A stretch of 64,000 bases of DNA from the NCBI GenBank assembly GCA_005879815.1, contig VBKA01000020.1:223-64222 (forward strand), in the 5' to 3' direction. The notes under the pieces were generated by a model. It was given only the letters and a program-made list of their open reading frames with translations. It did no database searches and was not told the origin of the DNA. The position numbers and the translations under genes were made by a program. Position 1 is the stretch's first letter, and each line of letters starts with the position of its first letter. Shown here in pieces: positions 1 through 9,472 of the stretch. The stretch comes from Chloroflexota bacterium (GTDB lineage Bacteria > Chloroflexota > Limnocylindria > QHBO01).

Positions 1-560
1 CCACCGTCGTGCGAGATGTTGACCCAGATCTGGCTCGGACCGTAGAAGTCGTGGTACATCAGCACGACCTCGGCCTTGGACGTGCTCTTCCCCGACAGGA
101 TTGAAGCTGCCACCCAATCGCGATCGACGCCAAAGGGCGAGCAGCTCGTTCCACATTCGGGCAGCGCACCGGCGCCGTGCGTCCAGCTCGTCCCGCCATT
201 GACGGATTTCCAGACGTCTGCCTGCAGGGGCGCGACTCCCTCGCTCCCCGCGAGGTTGCACAAGTAGACGGCATTCGACTGATCGGTGGCGAGGCAATCG
301 TCGCCGCTGTTCGGGTCAGCCGTCGTGACCTGCTGCCAGGTGACGCCGCGGTCCGTCGAGCGGTAGGTGATCGTGCCGCCACTCGGCGTCGTGTCGTACA
401 GGACGCCCTTCGTATCGGACACGATCGATGGCTCTCCGCCGTAGGCGCCGACATCGGCTACCTCGTACGCCGGCGAACTGGGGGTGCGTGCGCTGACACC
501 CCCGACAACGACTCCAACCAGAAGAGTTGTGGCTGCCACCACGGCCGGGACGCGTTTCAT
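1..560 (-). CDS. Secreted BNR/Asp-box repeat protein (sialidase-like fold), N-terminal part; the gene continues past the window start
   Basis: Reverse-strand ATG at 558-560 gives MKRVPAVVAATTLLVGVVVGGVSA, a Sec signal peptide. Two SxDxGxTW BNR motifs follow (STDRGVTWQQV, SVNGGTSWTH). No stop inside the window, which is why it is absent from the ORF track. Confidence 0.6.
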   Translation of the reverse strand, partial: MKRVPAVVAATTLLVGVVVGGVSARTPSSPAYEVADVGAYGGEPSIVSDTKGVLYDTTPSGGTITYRSTDRGVTWQQVTTADPNSGDDCLATDQSNAVYLCNLAGSEGVAPLQADVWKSVNGGTSWTHGAGALPECGTSCSPFGVDRDWVAASILSGKSTSKAEVVLMYHDFYGPSQIWVNISHDG

Positions 561-734
561 TGATTGAGCCTCTCGTCAGGAGGCGCGGGCTGCCGTCTCA
601 ATCACGCATGACTGATCACGGGATCGAGGCTGCCGTCGCGCGAAGTGCCCCACCGATGGCGCGAGGCAGCAATTGGCGTGCCATTTGGCCGCCGATTCCA
701 GCCGTGCGCCGAGGGCGCGGCTACGATTGGCTCG

Positions 735-2360
735 GTGTCGACTCACTCATCACGGCCGCGGGGTCTCGCTCTGGCGGCCGCCGTGGCCTCTGCCGTGCTC
801 CTGGGCGGCTGCCTTGGCCCCACTCTCACGCCCGACCCTTCGCCATCCGCCACCGCGACCCCGTCGATCTCGCCCGCGCCCACCCCGAGCCCGACCGCCA
901 CCAGACCTCCGACGAAGTTCCCGCTCGCGGTCGTCACGGGCATCACCAACCTGAAATCGGTCATTGCCCTCAGTGAGCTGACCAAGCTCGCGGCCAGCGG
1001 CAAGCTCGTGGTGCCCTGTGGGGTGACCGTCAGCCATCCGGCGCTCACCGCCACCGAACGATGCATCCCGGCAGCCAAGATCATGAGTGCGATCGGCGCC
1101 AACCAGAAGCTGGTCGCGCTCCTGCCGCCAGGGCTCGTCGAGCCCGCTACCAAGGTGCTGCCCATCGCGGGCAACGGACCATTTGGGCTGTTTGGGGCGG
1201 ACCTATTTGGCGACAAGGCGGCGCGTGCGCTGCGCTACCCGGTGGTCGGCATCGCTGGCGGGCAGGGCGCCGAGGCACTCAAGCCGAGCTGGCTCGCCTA
1301 CCGCGCCTCGCAGGTTTGGACGCTAACGTCGGTCGGCAGCATGTGCGCGGATCGGCTGGGCGCGTATCAGGCCGTTACCCTCGGCAAAGGCTGGGATTGG
1401 GTGTTCGACGGCGGGACGGCCCGCTACACGGGCGGACCATTCCTGAACCCGAACCCACCTCCGGGCATCTCCCAGTTCCCGATCATCCGTCCGGTTGACA
1501 CCGGTCATCCCGGGCTCACCGCAAGCATCACCAAGCGATCCGATGTCGCACTCGGCGACCACAAATGCCCGATCCTGCCCACGAGTCGGTGGGCGCCAAG
1601 CCTCAACGGCCCGCCGAGCCTGGCCGTGCCGGAGGAGCTTCTGCCACGGTGGAAAAATCTGCTCGGCATCGATGCGGTGTTTCTGGCAGCCGACCACCAG
1701 AGCGATCGTGGCGTTGCGGGCATCGCCTCGACGGTCCAACTCCTCGACAAGCACCGAATCCCGCACACCGGCCTCGGGATGAACCTCGATCAGGCGCTTC
1801 AGCCGGCGTACGTCAGGGTTGCCGGCCTGAAGGTGGCGTTCGTGTCCTGGAATGAAGTCACCGGCCCCGCGCATGCAGGGCCAACCACGCCGGGCGTCGC
1901 GTGGCTCACGCAGGCGAACGTCAACGCGGCCGTCCGAAACGCGCGCGCCGGCGGCGCCGACCTGGTCATGTGCGAGCCCCAGTGGTGGGGCGGCGACGAA
2001 TACCACCCGGACCTGTGGCCGTCTCAGAAGAGGGCTCTGGACTGGATGGACCAGGCCGGATGCGACCAGGTCATCGGCGGCGGCCTGCACCTGGCCGGCG
2101 GGATGTTCCTGCGCCAGCACAAGAATGGCGTCAGCCTGGTCGACGCAGGTCCCGGCAACTACATGTACGGGCAGCCGTGGTGGCAGGAGACCCAGGAGGG
2201 CGTCATCCTCGACATGACGTTCCGCGGCAAGACCCTCGTGAACGTCCGGCTCCACCCCTACGTCATGATCCTCGAGGCCCGGCCGTCCCTCACCGATCCG
2301 CAAGGCGACGGTCACTACGTCCTCGAGCGGATCTGGAAGAACTCGACCGTCAGCTACTGA
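735..2360 (+). CDS. CapA-family (poly-gamma-glutamate synthesis-like) metallophosphatase lipoprotein
   Basis: Lipoprotein-type signal (RPRGLALAAAVASAVLLGGC) followed by a Pro/Ser/Thr-rich linker. The C-terminal ~330 aa resemble CapA/PGA_cap calcineurin-like phosphoesterase. Start uncertain: ATG at 645 or GTG at 735. Confidence 0.55.
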   Translation: MSTHSSRPRGLALAAAVASAVLLGGCLGPTLTPDPSPSATATPSISPAPTPSPTATRPPTKFPLAVVTGITNLKSVIALSELTKLAASGKLVVPCGVTVSHPALTATERCIPAAKIMSAIGANQKLVALLPPGLVEPATKVLPIAGNGPFGLFGADLFGDKAARALRYPVVGIAGGQGAEALKPSWLAYRASQVWTLTSVGSMCADRLGAYQAVTLGKGWDWVFDGGTARYTGGPFLNPNPPPGISQFPIIRPVDTGHPGLTASITKRSDVALGDHKCPILPTSRWAPSLNGPPSLAVPEELLPRWKNLLGIDAVFLAADHQSDRGVAGIASTVQLLDKHRIPHTGLGMNLDQALQPAYVRVAGLKVAFVSWNEVTGPAHAGPTTPGVAWLTQANVNAAVRNARAGGADLVMCEPQWWGGDEYHPDLWPSQKRALDWMDQAGCDQVIGGGLHLAGGMFLRQHKNGVSLVDAGPGNYMYGQPWWQETQEGVILDMTFRGKTLVNVRLHPYVMILEARPSLTDPQGDGHYVLERIWKNSTVSY

Positions 2361-2734
2361 GCTCCACCTGGTGCATCCGGGCCCATCGGGCTGACCAGCT
2401 GAAAGTAGTTGTCGTCCGGGTCGGCGAGCGTCGCGATCGATGAACCCGGGGCCTCCTCGAACTCGTAAGGCTCGCGGACGACGATCGCGCCGGCCGCCTT
2501 CAGCCGCTCGAAGTCGCCCTTGACGTCGGGCGTCTCGATGTTCCAGATGAGGCGGCCGGGCGCTGCGTTCTTGCCATGGACCTCGCTATGGGGTCCCACG
2601 GTCACGAAGCCCGACCCGATTTGCCAGCCTGTGTATCCGCTGTCGGACATCGTCGGCGCGCCGAGCAGCTTGGTGTAGTAGTCGACGAGGCGCTCCGGGT
2701 CTTCCGACCCGATCAGGATGCTGTTGAAGTTCAT
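2354..2734 (-). CDS. VOC/glyoxalase-bleomycin resistance family protein
   Basis: MNFNSILIGSEDPERLVDYYTKLLG... is a ~126-aa vicinal oxygen chelate fold. ATG at 2732-2734 on the reverse strand. The upstream part of the track ORF is low-complexity. Confidence 0.6.
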   Translation of the reverse strand: MNFNSILIGSEDPERLVDYYTKLLGAPTMSDSGYTGWQIGSGFVTVGPHSEVHGKNAAPGRLIWNIETPDVKGDFERLKAAGAIVVREPYEFEEAPGSSIATLADPDDNYFQLVSPMGPDAPGGAQ

Positions 2735-2812
2735 ATCGGTCTCCTGCTGGTCGCGGATCGGGTTGCTGTGCGGCAGGAATAGTAGGCGCGTCCTCGCGGT
2801 AGGCTGCCAAGC

Positions 2813-3832
2813 GTGGTGAGCGAGTCGCTCTGGCGAAACGCCGATTTTCGGAAGCTGTGGGCCGGCCAAACAGTCTCCGAGCTCGGATCTGTCGTCACGC
2901 GCACGGCGATCCCGCTGGTCGCCCTCATGGTGCTGGGGGCAGGCCCGATCCAAATGGCCCTGCTCATCGTCGCGGCCAGCCTCGCGGTGCTGCTTATCGG
3001 ATTGCTCGCAGGCGCATGGGTCGACCGGCTGCGACGTCGGCCGCTCCTCATCTTGGCGGACGCGACCCGCGCTTTGCTGCTGTTATCGATCCCCGCGGCG
3101 TACATCGCGGGGGTGCTGCGCATCGAACAGCTATACGTGGTCGTGTTCATCGAAGGCTGCCTTGGGGCGCTCTTCGATGCGGCCTACCCGGCTTACGTCC
3201 CCTCGCTTATCGGGGTCGACCGCGTAGTCGAAGGCAACAGCAAGCTGGCCACGAGCTCGTCCCTCGCGGAAATCGGCGGTCCGGGCCTGGCTGGTGGACT
3301 GGTGCAGCTGATTGGTCCGCCGCTGGCGATCTTCGTCGACGCGATCTCCTTTGTGGTCTCAGCCCTCTCTCTGATCCTGATCCGAAGCCGAGAGCCGTCG
3401 CGGCCCCCGCGCACGTCGCCGACACCCATCCGGCTCGAGATCCTCGAGGGTTTGCGGCTCCTCCGGCGCCATGCCGTGCTCCTTCCGCTCACCCTCCGCT
3501 CGATCATCGCTCATGTTGCGGGGTCGTTCTACGGAGTCCTGTACACGATCTATCTCATCCAGGAGCTGCACCTCAGCCCGTTCCTGCTGGGGGTCGTCGT
3601 TTCGGCCGGCGGCGTCGGCTCCCTCATCGGCTCAATCTTTGCTTCGCGGGTCATCTCCCGGTTCGGCTTCGGCCCAGCCCTCATCTGGACCGCGACCGGC
3701 GCCTCCATCGTCGGCGTGCTCACGCCACTTGCGGGCGGGCCGCTCGTACTGGCGACGCTGATGGTGTTCCTGCCGCAGCTCATCGGCGATGGCCTCCAGA
3801 CGATCGAGAGCGTGGCTGAGCCCAGGGCGTGA
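2813..3832 (+). CDS. MFS transporter (EntS/MFS_3-like), N-terminal ~10 TM segments; the reading frame is interrupted at ~3820-3830
   Basis: Hydrophobic TM-rich sequence with MFS motifs. The C-terminal TM segments continue in another frame (3829-4059). Confidence 0.55.
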   Translation: MVSESLWRNADFRKLWAGQTVSELGSVVTRTAIPLVALMVLGAGPIQMALLIVAASLAVLLIGLLAGAWVDRLRRRPLLILADATRALLLLSIPAAYIAGVLRIEQLYVVVFIEGCLGALFDAAYPAYVPSLIGVDRVVEGNSKLATSSSLAEIGGPGLAGGLVQLIGPPLAIFVDAISFVVSALSLILIRSREPSRPPRTSPTPIRLEILEGLRLLRRHAVLLPLTLRSIIAHVAGSFYGVLYTIYLIQELHLSPFLLGVVVSAGGVGSLIGSIFASRVISRFGFGPALIWTATGASIVGVLTPLAGGPLVLATLMVFLPQLIGDGLQTIESVAEPRA

Positions 3833-4059
3833 TTCCAGATCGAATCCTGGGCCGCGTAAACGCGAACCTCGAGGTCTTCTCGCACGGCATCGCCTACCCG
3901 CTGGGTGCGCTGCTGGCAGCAGGTCTCGCGGGCTGGGTCGGCGTGCGTGGCGGGATAGCCCTCGGGTGGGCGGGAATGGCCGTCTCGATCCTGCTCCTCG
4001 TGTTGTCGCCGCTGCCACGGATCCGGCAAACCTCGGATGTTCTCGCCATGGAGAGCTGA
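3829..4059 (+). pseudogene. C-terminal fragment of the same MFS transporter in the +1 frame (IPDRILGRVNA... is a conserved MFS_3 loop/TM11-12)
   Basis: The sequence VIPDRILGRVNANLEVFSHGIAYPLGALLAAGLAGWVG matches the conserved C-terminal region of EntS-like MFS proteins. It is separated from the upstream ORF by a frame change and a TGA at 3830. Confidence 0.45.
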
Positions 4060-4184
4060 GCAGTTGGCGCTTTGCGGGCCCTCGACCGCCGGTGGGATAC
4101 AGTCACCCCTCGTCGCGACCAAGGAGTCGGAGGTGGGGTTTAAGGTGTCACCGCAGGAGCACTCCCGGAGGTCATGAAGCCCTC

Positions 4185-5150
4185 ATGCCACCACTGTCAA
4201 CTCGTTCTGCGGATGGTGTTCGCATGATCGAGGTCACCACGCCGCGGGGCCCCTTCAAGGTCTGGACAAAACGCGTCGGCAACAACCCCAGGATCAAGCT
4301 GCTGCTCCTGCACGGCGGCCCCGGCTTTCCGCATGAGTACTTCGAGGCCTTCGACGACTACCTGCCGAATGAGGGGATCGAGTACCTCTACTACGACCAG
4401 CTCGGCTCCTATTACAGCGACCAGCCGGAGATGACCGATGAGATGCTGGCGCTGCCGCGCTTCGTCGACGAAGTCGAGCAGGTACGCCGGGCGCTCCGTC
4501 TCGACACGGACAGCTTCTATCTCCTGGGCCAGTCGTGGGGCGGTTTGCTCGCCATCGAGTACGCGCTAAAGCACCAGGACCATCTGAAGGCACTGATCAT
4601 TTCAAACATGATGGCCAGCATCCCTCAGTACAACGACTACGCCAAGAACGTCTTGATGCCAGCGATGGACCCAAAGGTGCTCGCCGAGGCGAAGCAACTC
4701 GAAGCCGCTGGCAAGTACGAGGATCCGCGCTACCTGGAGCTATTGATCCCCAACCATTACGAGAAGCATGTGATCCGGATGCCCATAAACCAATGGCCCG
4801 ATCCGCTCAAGCGCTCTTTCGACCATATGAACCCGAAGGTCTACATACCGATGCAGGGACCCAGCGAGCTGGGCGCCAGCGGCAAGCTCGCGAATTGGGA
4901 TCGCACCGCTGACCTCAAGAACATCACCGTGCCGACGCTGATCATCGGAGCGCGCTTCGACACGATGGACCCCAAGCACATGGAATGGATGTCGAAGCAG
5001 ATACCGAAAGGGCAATATCTGTATTGCCCGAACGGCAGCCACCTGGCCATGTACGACGACCAACGCACGTACATGCGTGGCCTGGTCGAATTCATGAAGG
5101 GCGTAGACAGCGCAATGACCAACGAACGCTCCAGTAGCTCACACGTATAG
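4185..5150 (+). CDS. Proline iminopeptidase (alpha/beta-hydrolase, S33 family)
   Basis: HGGPG oxyanion motif, GQSWGG nucleophile elbow, length and overall pattern of prolyl aminopeptidases. GGAGG Shine-Dalgarno ~15 nt upstream of the ATG at 4185 (alternative ATG at 4224). Confidence 0.75.
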   Translation: MPPLSTRSADGVRMIEVTTPRGPFKVWTKRVGNNPRIKLLLLHGGPGFPHEYFEAFDDYLPNEGIEYLYYDQLGSYYSDQPEMTDEMLALPRFVDEVEQVRRALRLDTDSFYLLGQSWGGLLAIEYALKHQDHLKALIISNMMASIPQYNDYAKNVLMPAMDPKVLAEAKQLEAAGKYEDPRYLELLIPNHYEKHVIRMPINQWPDPLKRSFDHMNPKVYIPMQGPSELGASGKLANWDRTADLKNITVPTLIIGARFDTMDPKHMEWMSKQIPKGQYLYCPNGSHLAMYDDQRTYMRGLVEFMKGVDSAMTNERSSSSHV

Positions 5151-5152
5151 TC

Positions 5153-5452
5153 GTGGCCGTCGTGGGCCTGCCTCCACGAGGAACGATGCTCCCAGCTGCT
5201 CAACCAACCTGCTTCCTGATCGCCGACATCTCCGGGTACGCCGCGCCGAAGACAAAGCGGGAGATGCCTCTCATGAACGTGATTGGCCCCGCGTACGCGA
5301 GGGCGTTGGAGGCGCAGGCGCCGGACCTCATCGCCCAGCTGGACGCCGAACTCGCCGCTCGCGAGGCCGACGGGTCGCCCGAGGCCCAGCTGAGGACGCC
5401 CAAGCCGGGCGGCCCCCTGTCGGAGCATCAGCCGCCGGTGATCGTCGGCTGA
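5153..5452 (+). CDS. Hypothetical small protein (99 aa)
   Basis: ORF directly after the iminopeptidase stop with reasonable GC3. No recognisable domain. Confidence 0.2.
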   Translation: MAVVGLPPRGTMLPAAQPTCFLIADISGYAAPKTKREMPLMNVIGPAYARALEAQAPDLIAQLDAELAAREADGSPEAQLRTPKPGGPLSEHQPPVIVG

Positions 5453-6588
5453 CGGCCCTCTGGTCGAGGCGTTCTGTTTGGCTGCGCCGTCACACGTTCT
5501 CCTGATGCCGCAGCCCTCTCGATGTTGGCGATGACCTCGTGTCGTCGGACGGCATCGGCGAAGTCGGGCACGGTATGCGTCCCGTTGGCGAGGTCTGCCA
5601 CGAACGCGGCGTATGCACGCCCAACGTTGTAGGCCGGGCCTCCTTCGAGGCTAGCGAGCGCAGGCCACTTCTGCGTCAGCGCGGTCGGGACGGAAAGCTG
5701 GGCGGGCTCGCCGCCACCACGAACTCCCGCCACCGTCAACGGGAAGATCTCGGGCAATGCGGCATCAGCGGTGATGCGGAGCGTTCCGTCCGTTCCATTG
5801 ATTTCCCACAAGAAGCCGATGCCGCCCGCGACTGCCTCACGAATGTGGACGCTGGCGGTCGCGCCGGACGTGAGGGTGCCGATCACCGCGATTTGGTCGG
5901 CGGCCGTCTTTACGATCTGCTGCCGGGTCTTTTCGGCGGTGATCACCGGTCGACGAATGGCCGACATAGCCGACAGGCCCGCGAACTCCCCCAGCACATA
6001 GTTGAGGGTGTCCAGGCTGTGCCCGACAGCGACGGTGAGCAGGTTGGCCCCGTTCTTCCCGTCGAGCATGTAGACGTTGGGCTGGACCACGACATCGCCC
6101 GGGACCGAGAGCCCGATCATCGTCGTCGACAGGACCTCGCCGACGTATCCGTCGCTGAGCAGCTCCCGGACGAACTCGATGGCCGGGGCCTGGCGGGCCT
6201 GCAACCCAACGACGGTTCGCACTTCCCGCTGCGCGCTCAACGCGGCCATCGCCCGGGCGTCCTCGAGGTCGCGACCGAGTGGCCACTCGCAGTAGACCGC
6301 CTTTCCGGCTGCAAGAGCGGCATCGACCAGCTCTCGATGATGCGGGACCTTGACCGTGACAACGACCACATCGATGTCGGGCCGGGTCACGAGCTGCTCG
6401 TGGTCTGAGAACACCGCGCTGACCCCGAACGCTTGGCCTGCCTCGCGAGCGGATTCAGCGCTGTGCGCGCTGAGTGCACGGATTTCGTAGGTCGGCAGCG
6501 CTCGCAATGCGGGGATGTGGGCGGTGGCGGCCCAGCCCCGAACCGGACTGACCCCGATGATCCCGACACCCAGGACCGATTCAGGCAT
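5428..6588 (-). CDS. Gfo/Idh/MocA family NAD(P)-dependent oxidoreductase
   Basis: MPESVLGVGIIGVSPVRGWAATAHIPAL is a Rossmann GxGxxG N-terminus. Consensus C-terminal domain. Its ATG overlaps the stop of the upstream MFS gene. Confidence 0.75.
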   Translation of the reverse strand: MPESVLGVGIIGVSPVRGWAATAHIPALRALPTYEIRALSAHSAESAREAGQAFGVSAVFSDHEQLVTRPDIDVVVVTVKVPHHRELVDAALAAGKAVYCEWPLGRDLEDARAMAALSAQREVRTVVGLQARQAPAIEFVRELLSDGYVGEVLSTTMIGLSVPGDVVVQPNVYMLDGKNGANLLTVAVGHSLDTLNYVLGEFAGLSAMSAIRRPVITAEKTRQQIVKTAADQIAVIGTLTSGATASVHIREAVAGGIGFLWEINGTDGTLRITADAALPEIFPLTVAGVRGGGEPAQLSVPTALTQKWPALASLEGGPAYNVGRAYAAFVADLANGTHTVPDFADAVRRHEVIANIERAAASGERVTAQPNRTPRPEGRQPTITGG

Positions 6589-8089
6589 TGGTACGGACCC
6601 GCGCGCCGCCCGTCCCGCCGTCCGGCGCATCGCCGAGCACTCGGTCGCGCTCGTGCAGCGCCCCTTTCTCTGCGTCCCCGGCCGACCCCAGAACCGTGCC
6701 GGCGACGACGAGGGCGACGAGCACGAGCCCGGCGCCGATGGCGAACGACAGCTGGTAACCGTTGGTGACCGCCGTCGGCTCGGCAGACGACAACGCAAGC
6801 AGCCGGTTCGTCTCTGACGCCGAGAGCGAAGCCAGTACCGATAGACCCAGCGCTCCCCCGACCTGCTGGGTCGTCATGAGCAGTCCGGACGCGAGGCCGG
6901 AATCGTGCTCGCTGGCGTCCGACATCCCAAGCGCCATCAGCGACGGGAACGCGAGCCCGAAGCCCACGCCAAGTGGGAGAACCGAGGGCAGCACGTCCGC
7001 GAAGTAGTCAGCCTCGACCGGCACTCGCGCGAAGAGCACCAGGCCCACACCCATCAGCACGAGGCTCGGCAGGAGCACCGCACGGGCGCCGAAGCGGGTG
7101 ATCAGTGGCCCGGACGCGAATGACAGGGTTGCGATCGAGAGACTGAACGGCAGGAACGCAAGGCCGATGCCGAGCGGATCGTAACCATGGACGCGCTGGA
7201 AGTAGAGACTGCCCAGGAAGAACATCCCGAACAGCGCGGCGAAAATGAGCAGCAGGACGACGCTCGTCCCGGACACGTTGCGCGATCCGAAGATGCGGAA
7301 TGGGATGAGCGGATTCGCAGTCCGCGACTCGCGGACGACGAAGGCCATCAGCGATGCGATCGCAGCCGCGCCGAACCCGATGGTGTGAGCGGATCCCCAC
7401 CCGAAATCCGTCGTCCGGATGATCGTGTACACCCCGAGCAGAAGCGCCGCCGTTACCAGGACGGCGCCGAGTGCATCAGCGCCCTTGCCGAGCCCGATTC
7501 CGTGGTCGGACTCGAGCAACCGCAAGGCAAAGAACGCGGTGGCGATGCCAATCGGGACATTGACCAGGAAGATCCAGTGCCAGTTGAGCGCGTCGGTCAG
7601 GAAGCCGCCGGCCAGAAGCCCGATGGACGCACCCGCTGCTGCGACGAAGCTGTATGCGCCGATCGCGCGGGCCTGTTCGCGGGGCTCCCTGAACAGCGTC
7701 ACGACCATGCCGAGGATGACCGCAGAGGTCATCGCGCCGCCGACGCCCTGGATGAACCGCGCGGCGACCAACATTTCCTGACCGATGGACAGCCCGCAAA
7801 GCAGGGAGGCTGTCGTGAACACCGCGATGCCCGCAAGAAAGACCCGTCGCCGACCCAGAAGGTCGCCGAGTCGTCCGGCCAGAAGCAGGACGCCCCCAAA
7901 GGCGATCAGGTAGGCATTGACGACCCACGCCAGGCTCAACTGCGCGAAGCCAAGATCACTCCGGATCGACGGCAGCGCGACATTCACGATCGTCGCATCG
8001 AGGACGATCATCAGCATTCCGGCGCACAGGACGATCAGGGCGAGCCAGCGCGAATCGCGGGCGGGAGAACGTTGTGAGACCGGGGCCAT
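6581..8089 (-). CDS. MFS transporter, DHA2 (EmrB/QacA-like, 14-TM) drug:H+ antiporter family
   Basis: MIVLDATIVNVALPSI and GRLGDLLGRRRVF motifs, ~500 aa, 14 predicted TM segments. Confidence 0.8.
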   Translation of the reverse strand: MAPVSQRSPARDSRWLALIVLCAGMLMIVLDATIVNVALPSIRSDLGFAQLSLAWVVNAYLIAFGGVLLLAGRLGDLLGRRRVFLAGIAVFTTASLLCGLSIGQEMLVAARFIQGVGGAMTSAVILGMVVTLFREPREQARAIGAYSFVAAAGASIGLLAGGFLTDALNWHWIFLVNVPIGIATAFFALRLLESDHGIGLGKGADALGAVLVTAALLLGVYTIIRTTDFGWGSAHTIGFGAAAIASLMAFVVRESRTANPLIPFRIFGSRNVSGTSVVLLLIFAALFGMFFLGSLYFQRVHGYDPLGIGLAFLPFSLSIATLSFASGPLITRFGARAVLLPSLVLMGVGLVLFARVPVEADYFADVLPSVLPLGVGFGLAFPSLMALGMSDASEHDSGLASGLLMTTQQVGGALGLSVLASLSASETNRLLALSSAEPTAVTNGYQLSFAIGAGLVLVALVVAGTVLGSAGDAEKGALHERDRVLGDAPDGGTGGARVRTNA

Positions 8090-8124
8090 GATCGAGGTCG
8101 CTCCTTCGGTGCTCTGCGCGTGCG

Positions 8125-8775
8125 CTAGAAGCCGAGGACCTCGTCGACGAAGACGACGGTGATGCGGCCCGGGGCGATCTCGCGGTTGATGATGAGGACC
8201 TTGTTGACCGCGCTGTGGATGCCGTACGCCGCCTGGGCGCGAGCGTCCTCGAGGGGAAAGGCGTACTCGTCGATCCGGCGCAAGCCCTCTTCGAGGTCGG
8301 ACACGATCTTCTGCGTTCCCACCACAAGAATCACTCGGGCGGCTCCGCTGACATACGGTCCCAGCTGACTGCCCCCCATGGAGGCTGCCAGCAACGACCC
8401 GGTCTCGGTGACCGCGTGGACGCTGCCGAGCATCACCTCCGGCGCCGAACTCAGGTGACGGATCTCATCAGCCTGGGTCTTGCGGTCCATGCTGTAGATC
8501 CGCGGCCGGAGAGGCTCATATCGGCCGGATTTCTCGATCTCGTCGGTAATGCCCGACACGTCGAGCGATTGCGAGGCGCCATGATGCACCTGCGATCCGT
8601 CCGGGATGAGCCCGAGAACGATCCGCTTCGCTTCCGCCGCGTTCGCAGCTCGCAGGGCGTTGATTCCGTTCGCGTCGAGGGCCCTGGCGGCTCTTCTGAC
8701 GCGTGCTTCGTCCGCCAGAGATCCAAAACGGCCTTCGACGTCCGGATCTACGTCGGGTATGAGTTCGGCAATCAC
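8125..8775 (-). CDS. LUD-domain protein (LutC/YkgG-like lactate-utilisation family)
   Basis: VHAVTETGSLLAAS...ARVILVVGTQKIV pattern of DUF162/LUD. Start placed at the GTG at 8775, which is preceded by GGAAGGGAAG. The longer ATG at 8847 would overlap the operator palindrome. Confidence 0.55.
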   Translation of the reverse strand: MIAELIPDVDPDVEGRFGSLADEARVRRAARALDANGINALRAANAAEAKRIVLGLIPDGSQVHHGASQSLDVSGITDEIEKSGRYEPLRPRIYSMDRKTQADEIRHLSSAPEVMLGSVHAVTETGSLLAASMGGSQLGPYVSGAARVILVVGTQKIVSDLEEGLRRIDEYAFPLEDARAQAAYGIHSAVNKVLIINREIAPGRITVVFVDEVLGF

Positions 8776-8804
8776 GATCTTCCCTTCCGCCCCCGCGGGC
8801 TGAT

Positions 8805-8824
8805 ATACTTGCAATCGCAAGTAT
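8805..8824. promoter_or_regulatory. Perfect inverted repeat ATACTTGC-AATC-GCAAGTAT in the divergent LutC-like/MarR intergenic region; candidate MarR operator
   Basis: 8-bp arms with a 4-bp spacer read directly, lying between the two divergent start codons. A second AAGTACTT palindrome follows at 8850-8857. Confidence 0.5.
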
Positions 8825-8845
8825 CCTACGGCTATCTGGTTGCAC

Positions 8846-9346
8846 ATGCAAGTACTTTCCGAAACCGAACTGGCTGGGCTTGTGGATCGCCTGGTTGCCA
8901 GCGAATTGCCCGGCGGGCGTGGGATTGGGGCCTGGAGCTCACTCCTGCGAGCTCACGCCACGCTCATGCGCCAGCTCGAGACGGATCTCGAGCAACAGAC
9001 CGGCCTTGCATTGCCCGACTTCGACGTCTTGGCTCAGCTGGCGATCGCCGGCGGCGAGCTGCGGATGACGGAGCTCGCGAACCGCGCGCTCATCTCGCGG
9101 TCGGGCATGACCCGTCGGGTCGCCCGGCTGGTCGATGAAGGCCTCGTTGGCCGAGCCGACGCCACGGCCGACGGACGGGGCGTCCTCGTTGCGCTCACCG
9201 ATGCCGGCGTCGCCCGGCTGACCGAGACGGTGCCAGCCCACGCACGTGGGATCGCCAAATATTTCGTGTCCCGGCTCGAGGATGAGGAGCTCGCGGTACT
9301 CGAGAGCGCCCTGGACAAGGTGACAGTCGACTGCACCTTTGGCTGA
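8846..9346 (+). CDS. MarR family transcriptional regulator
   Basis: Winged-helix MarR signature (ELANRALISRSGMTRRVARLVDEGLV). Divergent from the LutC-like gene. ATG at 8846 (the track start at 8840 is a TTG). Confidence 0.8.
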   Translation: MQVLSETELAGLVDRLVASELPGGRGIGAWSSLLRAHATLMRQLETDLEQQTGLALPDFDVLAQLAIAGGELRMTELANRALISRSGMTRRVARLVDEGLVGRADATADGRGVLVALTDAGVARLTETVPAHARGIAKYFVSRLEDEELAVLESALDKVTVDCTFG

Positions 9347-9472
9347 GAGCGCTGGCGCGCGGACTCTATTCTTCCCGAGCCGCTCTTCCGGAGCCGCAGT
9401 TCAGCCTGGTGAGGCGGCGTCGGTTCGGGGCATGGAGGACTCTGGCATGACAAAGCGCGCTCGCTCGTCCGA

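Noticed and set aside
8215-9138. 307-aa plus-strand ORF overlapping the LutC-like gene and the MarR region
   Set aside because: Arg/Gly/Pro-rich, antisense to a well-supported LUD-domain gene, and it runs across the palindromic operator. A typical high-GC shadow ORF.
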